From positions 4,802-36,938 of the forward strand of contig CAVJKI010000001.1 of assembly GCA_963649995.1 (NCBI GenBank): DNA of 32,137 bases, written 5' to 3'. This document shows positions 1 to 8,130 of the stretch, piece after piece. The DNA is from Sodaliphilus sp. Lineage in GTDB: Bacteria > Bacillota > Clostridia > Oscillospirales > Ruminococcaceae. A program made the position numbers and the translations under genes. The notes beneath the pieces are model-generated. The model saw nothing but the letters and a program-made list of their open reading frames with translations, made no database searches and was not told the DNA's origin. Every line of letters begins with the position of its first letter. Within the stretch, counting starts at the first letter, position 1.

Positions 1-1
1 G

Positions 2-1363
2 ATGTATGTAGGCGGAAATGTTTATTTCACAAAAGGTGTCGAAGACTGGAAAATGAAAAGCTATGCGGAGCATATCACATTTGTTGACAGCGACGGAAGC
101 AAGCATACTTACAGTGAAATAAACGAAATCAAGAATTGCGGCAGAGTAGTTGAATGTAAATCGGCGATTACTCTGACGCTTGACGAAACAACCACGATCA
201 TCGACCTTAAGGAAAGCATAGATGCCATAAAGGCAGAAAACGGCGGGGGCGGCTACACTTATGTATGGCCCTCGCAGGAAAAGCTTTGCGAAAACATTGA
301 TGACGTTAAGGCAGAGATCAACAGAAAGATAGGTGACCCCAAGTACATCAACTGGGATATTGAGAGCAAGTTCAAGAACGGCGAAACTCTTAAGGAAGCT
401 ACAAACATAGAATATAAATTTGTTGATTACAAGGCTGAACACGTTGTAACGCTTTCAGCAAAGGATAAAACCGAATATGTAATGGGAGATATAAAATTCC
501 CGATAAGCTATGACAACTTCGGAATAATATTTGATACAGACGCAGGCGGCGGAACATATAAGGACATATATGTTTACCTTAAAGCCAACTGTGAGTATTA
601 CGAAGAAAACGGTCAGGAAAAATACCGTGCGGACGATCCGACAAAGTACAACTGCTTTATGTGGAATCCTCCCAAGGGTTCAAGCTATGTCGGCGAGAAG
701 AACAACAACCCGTTCCATGTATTTGTTAAGGGTAAGGGTTCGCTCATAATGGTACTTCCCGATAACGTAAAGTATGTAGCTAATTATCAGAGCTATGTCG
801 GACATATAGCTATTTACGAAAAGATAATCGGAAAGACGGTTACAGCGGCAAACAGCCTTGACGCTATCGGTGCATTCGGCAACATCAAGGGCAAGATAAA
901 CGATATTCTTATCAATGACAAAACCAGCAAGAAGAATGCTTGCTTCACAGACGAGTTTATAAATGAAACAGGCGACAGCGGAACAAAGACATACGCTCAT
1001 AACAATGTGTTCCTTGTAACTATTGATAAGAATGCGTCAATGAACTTCCAGCCTCAGCAGAATATGTTTGCAGGATTTATCTATGCACCGTATATGACAT
1101 TTGAGGCAAGCTCACAGGGCGGCCAGGCAGGTATGCTCGGCGGTATGATAGTTTCCGACTATACTATGAAAGAAACGTCCAACACATATATGTGTACAAT
1201 ACCCTATGATTACTACGACAGATTTGTAACACCCGGCGCAAACGAGGCGCAGAAAGAAGAAGAACGCCTTAAGTACATGGAAAAGATAATGGCGGAATCG
1301 GGCTGTACAACTACAATAGGCTCATCTGTTGCCAAGTCATGGAGAGTTTATGGCTATAATTAA
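2..1363 (+). CDS. C-terminal part of a large T4P-associated protein (minor pilin/adhesin-like, PilX/PilK-type); probably 5'-truncated by the window edge
   Basis: Open frame from the window start. Sequence is Asn/Tyr/Gly-rich and beta-like, with an FAGFIYAP motif and a terminal SWRVYGYN strand. It lies directly upstream of two prepilin genes in the same orientation. Confidence 0.55.
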   Translation: MYVGGNVYFTKGVEDWKMKSYAEHITFVDSDGSKHTYSEINEIKNCGRVVECKSAITLTLDETTTIIDLKESIDAIKAENGGGGYTYVWPSQEKLCENIDDVKAEINRKIGDPKYINWDIESKFKNGETLKEATNIEYKFVDYKAEHVVTLSAKDKTEYVMGDIKFPISYDNFGIIFDTDAGGGTYKDIYVYLKANCEYYEENGQEKYRADDPTKYNCFMWNPPKGSSYVGEKNNNPFHVFVKGKGSLIMVLPDNVKYVANYQSYVGHIAIYEKIIGKTVTAANSLDAIGAFGNIKGKINDILINDKTSKKNACFTDEFINETGDSGTKTYAHNNVFLVTIDKNASMNFQPQQNMFAGFIYAPYMTFEASSQGGQAGMLGGMIVSDYTMKETSNTYMCTIPYDYYDRFVTPGANEAQKEEERLKYMEKIMAESGCTTTIGSSVAKSWRVYGYN

Positions 1364-1380
1364 TGAAAGGAGCGATAGCT

Positions 1381-2232
1381 ATGAAGCAATTAAAACGTTT
1401 GCTTAAGAAAAAGGGCTTTACAATATCCGAAGTTCTGATAGCGATGATGATATTTGCTATTATGTCGGCTATCGTGATGCAGATATTAGCTATAGCGATA
1501 AATCAGCATAACAGAAATGTCAACAGCGAAAAGGACATGGATAAGCAGGTACAGGATATTGTTGAGTATAACAGCAATATGGTAAAACGTGATAATGCGG
1601 ATATTGCTATTAACTTTGTCAGAACAGGAAACAATAAGGTTGCGTCTATTGACATTGCCGGTGCAGAAATTATGAAGAATAACGGTTCGGACGGCAGTGA
1701 CGGCAGACTTGAGCTGAATACCATCAAAGCGAATATCGACAAGGATTCATCGGGTGACGACGACAATAAGGATAACGCAGGTATGGTATCCGAGCATGAC
1801 CATATTTACGGTACAAAGGGCATTACAAGCATAACTGTTACCGAAACAACGGCAGATAAGGACGCTTCTACAAAGACTGTTACTCTGAGCGTTACGATAA
1901 CGGATAATAATAATGTCCTTATGAAGGCAGAGAGCAATTCTCTGAAAATCGTAATTCCCGACAACAATTTTAATACGAAGGTTACTGTAAACGGCAGTAA
2001 TATGAAGTATGAGCCGCTGTCAAGCACTAATTTCAGATTTACGGCGGTAAGCAAGGCAACGTCATATTCTTTCACGATCAAATTTGATTTGACAAATGAC
2101 GATTACGAGAGCGAGTATAAGTCGTTTGCAAAGTACTTCATTGACCCTGAGTACAGCGGAAGCGATGAAACTACATTGCGTTCGGCAACGTTCAAGGATT
2201 CAAAAGACCCCGGCGTTTATAACCAGAGATAA
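1381..2232 (+). CDS. Type IV prepilin-like protein (minor pilin)
   Basis: AAGGAG SD precedes ATG 1381. Class III signal peptide MKQLKRLLKKKG|FTISEVLIAMMIFAIMSAIVMQIL (basic leader, G|F cleavage, E5, hydrophobic helix). Confidence 0.9.
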   Translation: MKQLKRLLKKKGFTISEVLIAMMIFAIMSAIVMQILAIAINQHNRNVNSEKDMDKQVQDIVEYNSNMVKRDNADIAINFVRTGNNKVASIDIAGAEIMKNNGSDGSDGRLELNTIKANIDKDSSGDDDNKDNAGMVSEHDHIYGTKGITSITVTETTADKDASTKTVTLSVTITDNNNVLMKAESNSLKIVIPDNNFNTKVTVNGSNMKYEPLSSTNFRFTAVSKATSYSFTIKFDLTNDDYESEYKSFAKYFIDPEYSGSDETTLRSATFKDSKDPGVYNQR

Positions 2233-2243
2233 CGGGAGGGCTT

Positions 2244-2957
2244 ATGAAGTTAACAAGATTACTTAAAAAGAAAGCCTTCACGCTGGTTGAGCTGATAGTT
2301 GCCATGGCAATTATGATGATACTTATCGTTGCGGCTATGTCGATGTTCAATCCCGTTAACGGCATAATCAAAACCATTGACGAAGATGTGGTGACAAATG
2401 CCATAACCGACAGCATGACGACATATATTCATTCCAAGATTAACACCTGCTCAACGTACAATATTGATATTTATGACAATACATCGCTTACGGCAGGTGA
2501 ATCGGTTGACGGAAGTGCGGCAAAGAGATGTAAGGCAATTCTGGGGTCAATAAAAAATCCCGTTGCCGAATCATCTTACTGCATGGTGCTTCGCAGAGAG
2601 AGCGGCACCTTCAAGCTTTACGATCTGGGTAAGATTACGAGTGTGGCTCAGTTTGTAGCGAGAATTAATGATCTTGAGAGCTACGCGCTTTTCAATGACG
2701 AGTATTACAATGATGTTGATTTCCGTTTTACATTTGAAACGACATCAGGCTGGTGTAAAATAGGTATTACATCGCTTGACAGGCAGACGGGAGAAGTCGA
2801 GGTTGAAACACGAACAGATATGTTCAAGCTTGTAAACCTCACATCTACACCCGAAAGCAATCCGATCCTCAAAAATTATGAATCAATCGGAACAGATAAG
2901 AACATCGTGATTTTCTATAACATTATAGATTACACGAAGTACACACCTACAGCATAA
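2244..2957 (+). CDS. Type IV prepilin-like protein (minor pilin)
   Basis: GGAGG SD. Class III signal peptide MKLTRLLKKKA|FTLVELIVAMAIMMILIVAAMSMF with Ala at -1. Confidence 0.9.
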   Translation: MKLTRLLKKKAFTLVELIVAMAIMMILIVAAMSMFNPVNGIIKTIDEDVVTNAITDSMTTYIHSKINTCSTYNIDIYDNTSLTAGESVDGSAAKRCKAILGSIKNPVAESSYCMVLRRESGTFKLYDLGKITSVAQFVARINDLESYALFNDEYYNDVDFRFTFETTSGWCKIGITSLDRQTGEVEVETRTDMFKLVNLTSTPESNPILKNYESIGTDKNIVIFYNIIDYTKYTPTA

Positions 2958-2958
2958 T

Positions 2959-2986
2959 AAAAATCCCCCGCCATATCGGCGGGGGA
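2959..2986. terminator. Intrinsic terminator between the convergent pilin operon and pilD
   Basis: TCCCCCGCC-ATATC-GGCGGGGGA hairpin at 2964-2986. The A5 run at 2959-2963 gives a U-tract on the minus strand. Confidence 0.8.
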
Positions 2987-3003
2987 AATATAAACGCTGA
3001 TTA

Positions 3004-4050
3004 TTACAGCATCGAAAGATAAGCCTTGATAATTGTTTCGCCGAGCAGCATTCCTACTGCAAGTCCGACGCTCAGCGCAGGACCGAAAGCGATACGGCGG
3101 CGGAGCTTTATTTTTGTTATCTTACTGTTTTCAACGGTTGCACGGAATACATATTCCCTACTGTCGGGAAGCTCGCCCATTACTTCATTCAGCTCGTTGC
3201 TGAGTGACTGTGTTGCGGCTTTCAGCTCATCGCCCGAAAGCTTCCACGCTTTTTCTTCAAAAAGCTCAGGGTCGATTTTGCATTTGCCGTGCTCAAACTC
3301 ACCAACAATGACATCTTTGGAATTATCGACTGTTTTGCCGTCACACCATTGTGAGAGCTTTTCGCTTATGACAACGGAACGCTCCTTGGTAAACTTTGAC
3401 GTAGTGCAAAGTACGACAAGTCCGTATATCGCACCGACGATCACGCCGATAACTGCTGACGGAACTATCTTCCAGCCGAGCAGGAATCCTGACGCCGCCA
3501 TGAGCTGGACGTCGCCGCCGCCCATACCGCCGAACAAGGCGAGTATAGCAAACGGCACTGCGATTACTGCCGCACCGACAAAATGTTCCCACCACGGCAT
3601 ATTGGGTTCGGTGAAGAATGTTGCGATACCGAGTACTGCAATGGATATGGTACACCAGTAGGGTATTTCCATGTGGTCGATGTCGATACAGCTCAGAACT
3701 ATGAGCAACGAGAAAAAGACTATTGCAACCACCATCGGCAGGCTTGCGGAGAATCTTATGTAGGCAAGCAGGAACATAAGCCCGGTCAGAGCCTCAACTA
3801 TAGTGTAGCGCACCGAGATCGGCGCTTTACAATTACGGCATTTGCCGCCTAATATGATCCAGCTGAATATCGGCACAAGATCATACGGCTTTATGCGTTC
3901 GCCGCATGAAAAGCAGTGTGACGGACCGTTCACGATCGACATACGCAGAGGAGTGCGGTATATGACCACATTCAGGAAACTGCCGATGATCGAGCCGAAA
4001 ATAAATACAAGTACGCAAATAATGGTATCATACCAAAGTATACCTGTCAT
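3004..4050 (-). CDS. pilD: Prepilin peptidase / N-methyltransferase (peptidase A24) with C-terminal insertion
   Basis: Motifs GSFLNVVIYR, SHCFSCG and GKCRNCK (Zn cysteines), DIDHMEIP and GMGGGD (catalytic aspartates), and terminal IAFGPAL. Start reassigned to ATG at 4050 (GGAAAGGA SD), because the ORF-track extension to 4230 lies in a repeat element. Confidence 0.92.
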   Translation of the reverse strand: MTGILWYDTIICVLVFIFGSIIGSFLNVVIYRTPLRMSIVNGPSHCFSCGERIKPYDLVPIFSWIILGGKCRNCKAPISVRYTIVEALTGLMFLLAYIRFSASLPMVVAIVFFSLLIVLSCIDIDHMEIPYWCTISIAVLGIATFFTEPNMPWWEHFVGAAVIAVPFAILALFGGMGGGDVQLMAASGFLLGWKIVPSAVIGVIVGAIYGLVVLCTTSKFTKERSVVISEKLSQWCDGKTVDNSKDVIVGEFEHGKCKIDPELFEEKAWKLSGDELKAATQSLSNELNEVMGELPDSREYVFRATVENSKITKIKLRRRIAFGPALSVGLAVGMLLGETIIKAYLSML

Positions 4051-4094
4051 ATATATAACCATCCTTTCCTTTTTGGAACGCTGTAAAAACGGTA

Positions 4095-4314
4095 CAGATT
4101 TTAACAAATGGGGTTTGGGGCAACGCCCCAAGTAGGGTCGCAGGGGCGATAGCCCCGCATTATTCCCCTTTCCCGGGGAAAGGGGGCGTTCGGCAATGAT
4201 GCCGAAATAAGGACACGCAAAGCTTTGCACGATGCAAAGCCAACAGAGTGTCCTAAAGGGGTTAGGGATAATAAATCCGCTCTGCGATATAAAATTAGCT
4301 TTTGTTGCAATCTG
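4095..4314. mobile_element. MITE-like non-autonomous element, copy 1 (220 bp, hairpin array)
   Basis: Terminal inverted repeats (TIRs) CAGATTTTAACAAA (4095-4108) and TTTGTTGCAATCTG (4301-4314) match 12/14. Flanking near-direct repeats are AACGCTGTAAAAACGGTA (4077-4094) and AACGCTGTAAAACAGCGTA (4315-4333). It is colinear with 7773-8130. Confidence 0.75.
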
Positions 4315-4338
4315 AACGCTGTAAAACAGCGTATGGAT

Positions 4339-4367
4339 ATTTTACCACATATCTCCGCTTTTTTCAA
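4339..4367 (-). promoter_or_regulatory. Sigma-A-type promoter for pilD
   Basis: On the minus strand: TTGAAA (4367-4362), 17-bp spacer, TAAAAT (4344-4339), with extended TGn. Confidence 0.65.
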
Positions 4368-4411
4368 GTATAAGCGGACAGCACATCACTGATAACAGGG
4401 GGAACAGCTCA

Positions 4412-6103
4412 ATGAAGAACATACCGATAGGACAGATCCTTGTAGAGAACGGATTCCTGAAAGAGGATCAGCTGAACGAGGCGCTCGAAAAACAGCGTAC
4501 CGAGCCGGGCAAAAAGCTCGGTGACGTATTGCTTGAGCTTGGCTACGTTTCGGAAACACAGCTTGCTCAGGCGCTGTCGATACGTCTTAAAGTACCGTTT
4601 GTTGATCTTACAACTACAAAGATTGACATAGAGGCGGTTAAGAAGATCCCGGAGGCAATAGCAAAGAAGAATTGCTGTGTAGCATTCCAGATGACCGATT
4701 CACGTCTTACAGTTGCAACAGACGATCCTATCAACTTCTATATATTCGAGGAACTCAAGGTTATCTCCGGCATGGAGATACACGCGATGATTGCTACCCG
4801 TACCGCTATTAACGAAACCATCAACAAGGCGTACTCACAGCAGACGGTTAGTAACGTTATGGATAACCTCAACAAGGAGTACAACAGCGCAACGGATTCC
4901 GTTATCCAGGACGACCCCGAATCTGGCGAGCGTGTTGATAATGCGCCTATAGTTAAGCTGGTTAATACAATAGTTGAAACCTCGTTCAGAATGAACGCAT
5001 CGGATATTCATATAGAGCCTTTCAAGGACAGGACAAGAATCCGACTCAGAGTCGATGGCGAGCTTATCGAACAGATGAAGGTAAAGCCTGCCGCTCATAA
5101 CTCCCTTATAACACGTATCAAAATCCTCGGCGGTATGAACATCGCCGAAAAGAGAATCCCTCTTGACGGCCGTTTCGGTATGACTATCGACGGTGTTAAC
5201 CTTGACGTCCGTGTATCTACGATTCCTACCGTTTACGGCGAAAAGTGCGTTATCCGTCTGCTTTCAACGGCAGATGAAAAGACAAGAAAGATTACCGACC
5301 TCGGTATGACGCTCTACAACTATGAAATGTTCAAGCAGATCATTCGTTGCCCCCACGGCGTTATGCTGGTTACGGGGCCTACAGGTTCGGGTAAATCTAC
5401 AACGCTGTATGCGACACTCGGTGAGCTTTCAAAGCCTAACGTTAATATCGTTACTGTTGAAGACCCTTGCGAAAAGAAGATAGACGGTGTAAACCAGGTG
5501 CAGATAAACGCAAAAGCAGGACTTACCTTTGCGGCGGCTCTGCGTTCTATCCTCCGTCAGGACCCTGATATAGTAATGGTCGGTGAGATTCGTGACGGCG
5601 AAACTGCGGATATTGCTATCCGTGCCGCTATCACAGGTCACTTGGTGCTTTCAACTCTGCATACAAACGATGCCGCAGGTACGATCCTCCGTCTTGTTGA
5701 TATGGGTGTTGCACCTTACATGGTTGCGTCCTCACTTGTCGGAGTCATCGCTCAGCGACTTGTAAAGCTCCTTTGCCCTGAGTGCAAGGAAAAGGTTACT
5801 CTGACTGACCCCGCCGATTTACGACTTGTCGGCAAGACAGAACCCGTTGAAGTATGCAAGGCGCATTACGGCGGTTGCCGTGCCTGCCATAGCACAGGCT
5901 ACAAGGGCAGAACTGCTATTCACGAGATCATAGTAAGCTCAAACGACATCAAGGAGCTTATCTCAAGCGGTGCTACAGCCGAGCAGATAGGTGCGCAGGC
6001 TGAAAAGAACGGCACAAAGCTTCTGCGTAGCAACGTTACCGATATGGTGCTTGCAGGAACTACAACGCTTGACGAACTGGTAAAAGCCACCTACTCCGTT
6101 TAA
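4412..6103 (+). CDS. pilB: Type IV pilus assembly ATPase PilB/GspE with N-terminal MshEN domain
   Basis: Motifs ASDIHIEP, Walker A GPTGSGKSTT, TVEDPCE, LRQDPDIVMVGEIRD, STLHTN and tetracysteine CPEC...CRAC. The N-terminus has tandem xLGxxLxxxGxxxxxQLxxAL repeats. Confidence 0.95.
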   Translation: MKNIPIGQILVENGFLKEDQLNEALEKQRTEPGKKLGDVLLELGYVSETQLAQALSIRLKVPFVDLTTTKIDIEAVKKIPEAIAKKNCCVAFQMTDSRLTVATDDPINFYIFEELKVISGMEIHAMIATRTAINETINKAYSQQTVSNVMDNLNKEYNSATDSVIQDDPESGERVDNAPIVKLVNTIVETSFRMNASDIHIEPFKDRTRIRLRVDGELIEQMKVKPAAHNSLITRIKILGGMNIAEKRIPLDGRFGMTIDGVNLDVRVSTIPTVYGEKCVIRLLSTADEKTRKITDLGMTLYNYEMFKQIIRCPHGVMLVTGPTGSGKSTTLYATLGELSKPNVNIVTVEDPCEKKIDGVNQVQINAKAGLTFAAALRSILRQDPDIVMVGEIRDGETADIAIRAAITGHLVLSTLHTNDAAGTILRLVDMGVAPYMVASSLVGVIAQRLVKLLCPECKEKVTLTDPADLRLVGKTEPVEVCKAHYGGCRACHSTGYKGRTAIHEIIVSSNDIKELISSGATAEQIGAQAEKNGTKLLRSNVTDMVLAGTTTLDELVKATYSV

Positions 6104-6151
6104 TGCGGATTCGGTGTTTGCAATATATGTTTTTAAAAGGAGAAAACAAAG

Positions 6152-7213
6152 GTGGATATTAACAAAATACTTGACGAGGCAAGAAGGCTCGGCTGCTCGG
6201 ACTTACATTTTACTGCGGGACTTCCTCCCGTTGTACGTCTGCACGGCAGTATCAAAAAGCTCAGCGGCTATCCCGACTGTACAGAGCCTATCATAGTCAA
6301 TATCATAAATCAGATAACCTCTATGAAGCACAAGGCTTCTATCCAGAAGGGTCTTGACACCGACTTCTCGTATGTATCCGCATCAGGACACAGACACAGA
6401 GTAAACGTGTACAGACAAAGGGGCTATCACGCAATAGCCATGCGACTTCTGCGTAATGATATTCCTACATTGCAGGATCTTATGCTCCCCGGACTTATGG
6501 GTGAATTTGCACTCCGTCCGAGAGGACTTGTTCTTGTAACAGGACCTACAGGTTCAGGTAAGTCAACTACTCTTGCGGCTATGATCGACCATATCAACCG
6601 TAACAAGAACTGCCATATCATCACAGTCGAAGACCCTATCGAGTATCTTCACACACACAAGCAGTCAATGGTAAACCAGCGTGAGATCGGCGCCGATGTA
6701 GACAGCTTCGCAGGCTCACTGCGTGCCGCACTCCGTGAAGACCCCGATGTTATCCTCGTCGGAGAAATGCGTGACTTTGAAACTATCAACGCCGCAGTAA
6801 CCGCCGCAGAAACAGGTCACTTGGTGCTTTCGACACTGCATACGACAGGTGCGGCTGAAACCATCGACCGTATCATAGACGTATATCCGCCTCACTCACA
6901 GGGACAGATCAGAGCGCAGCTCGCTAACTCCCTTGTAGCTGTTATCTCACAGACGCTCGTTCCCACAGCGGACGGCAAGGGACGTATAGCCGCCCTTGAG
7001 CTTATGAGCTGCACAGACGCTATCAGCTCACTTATCCGTGAAGGTAAGATATTCCAGATACCGAACTCCATTCAGACCTCAAAGGCTCTCGGTATGTTCT
7101 CGCTCGACCAGGATCTTGCAAGACTTGTCCGTACAGGCAAAATTACGGAGGAAGTTGCAAGAAGCCGTTGCCAGAATCCCGATGACCTCAAGAGATATAT
7201 CGGAGCATATTGA
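6152..7213 (+). CDS. pilT: Type IV pilus retraction ATPase PilT
   Basis: Motifs CSDLH, GPTGSGKSTT, VEDPIEY, ALREDPDVILVGEMRD, STLHT and AIRNLIRE-like AISSLIRE. AGGAG SD and GTG start. Confidence 0.95.
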   Translation: MDINKILDEARRLGCSDLHFTAGLPPVVRLHGSIKKLSGYPDCTEPIIVNIINQITSMKHKASIQKGLDTDFSYVSASGHRHRVNVYRQRGYHAIAMRLLRNDIPTLQDLMLPGLMGEFALRPRGLVLVTGPTGSGKSTTLAAMIDHINRNKNCHIITVEDPIEYLHTHKQSMVNQREIGADVDSFAGSLRAALREDPDVILVGEMRDFETINAAVTAAETGHLVLSTLHTTGAAETIDRIIDVYPPHSQGQIRAQLANSLVAVISQTLVPTADGKGRIAALELMSCTDAISSLIREGKIFQIPNSIQTSKALGMFSLDQDLARLVRTGKITEEVARSRCQNPDDLKRYIGAY

Positions 7214-7244
7214 TCATCAGCAAAATGCAACAGATATGCAGTAT

Positions 7245-7274
7245 AATGCCGCCGAAATCCACGGCGGCATTTTT
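7245..7274 (+). terminator. Intrinsic terminator after pilT
   Basis: AATGCCGCCG-AAATCCA-CGGCGGCATT followed by TTT. Confidence 0.75.
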
Positions 7275-7298
7275 ATGTAAAAAAGAAAGGATTTTTAT

Positions 7299-7754
7299 AT
7301 GAAATTTGTTATCCAGCGTGTGACCCATGCAAGCGTAACCGTTGACGGCGAGCCCGTCGGAAAGATCGGCAAGGGCTTTATGGTGCTGATTGGCATAGCA
7401 CAGACCGATACCAGAGAAACCGCCGACAAGCTTATCCGCAAGATGACGGGGCTTCGTATCTTTGACGATGAGAACGGCAAGACAAACCTTGCTCCTGCCG
7501 ATGTCGGCGGAAGCCTGCTGCTCATATCCCAGTTCACTCTCTATGCCGATTGCCGCAAGGGCTACCGCCCCTCTTTCGTGAACGCAGGCACCCCCGACAT
7601 GGCAAACGAGCTGTACGAATACATCGTTGAACAGTGCCGTAACTGCGATAATATAGCCGATGTACAGACAGGCGTATTCGGCGCTGACATGAAGGTTGAG
7701 CTTCTGAACGACGGTCCCTTCACGGTTATTCTCGACAGCAATGAGCTTATGTGA
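7299..7754 (+). CDS. dtd: D-aminoacyl-tRNA deacylase
   Basis: Motifs [29 protein letters not shown]. Confidence 0.97.
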   Translation: MKFVIQRVTHASVTVDGEPVGKIGKGFMVLIGIAQTDTRETADKLIRKMTGLRIFDDENGKTNLAPADVGGSLLLISQFTLYADCRKGYRPSFVNAGTPDMANELYEYIVEQCRNCDNIADVQTGVFGADMKVELLNDGPFTVILDSNELM

Positions 7755-7772
7755 AATACTGTGTAACGGCTT

Positions 7773-8130
7773 CAGTTTGTCGAAATGGGGTTGAGGGGCG
7801 TAGCCCCCATACAGGTCGTCAGCCATTTGTGTCACTGCATCGTGCAGTGACTTTGTGCGGCTGACTGCAAGCGTCCTTGCTTGGACTGGGCGGTAGCCCC
7901 AGCAAAATAGCCCCAGCACGGATGCTGGGCGTGTATGCCACAAGGCTTTGCAGGACGCAAAGCCAACCAAGCATACACAACCCTTCACCGAGGGAAAGGG
8001 GTTTGGGGTTTCGGCAAGGATGCCGATATAGAACGCCCAAAGGCTTTGCACGACGCAAAGCCCACAAAGCGTTCTTAAAGGGATAGAGAATCTGCTCTAT
8101 TTTTATAAAACAGACTTTTTCTACAGGTTG
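7773..8130. mobile_element. MITE-like non-autonomous element, copy 2 (358 bp, with two extra hairpin modules)
   Basis: Degenerate TIRs CAGTTTGTCGAAA (7773-7785) and TTTCTACAGGTTG (8118-8130) match 9/13. Flanks 7756-7772 and 8131-8147 are 12/17 identical. It shares AAATGGGGTT, two GGG(G)C-N3-4-GCCCC hairpins, CCCTT...AAGGG and the terminal module with copy 1. Confidence 0.7.

Noticed and set aside
3004..4050. pilD as an invertible cassette
   Set aside because: I found no inverted repeats flanking the gene and no recombinase; it has its own promoter and terminator.
4210..4290. c-di-GMP-I (GEMM) riboswitch upstream of pilB, suggested by GCAAA...GAYGCAAAGCC...CTAA
   Set aside because: There is no GNRA-capped stem between GCAAA and GAYGCAAAG. 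GCAAAGC pairs locally with GCTTTGC, and the same motif recurs in repeat copies away from gene starts, including inverted. An Rfam scan would settle it.
4051..4367. ORF 4101-4367 and the 60-aa N-terminal extension of pilD
   Set aside because: Both are translations of the palindromic element. The peptide GFASCKAL reappears in the ORF over the second copy.
7818..8075. CRISPR array
   Set aside because: The repeats are not identical, have mixed orientation and lack regular unique spacers, and no cas genes are present.
4095..8130. Composite transposon carrying pilB-pilT-dtd
   Set aside because: Each element has its own distinct flanking duplication and the outer flanks do not match, which indicates independent insertions.
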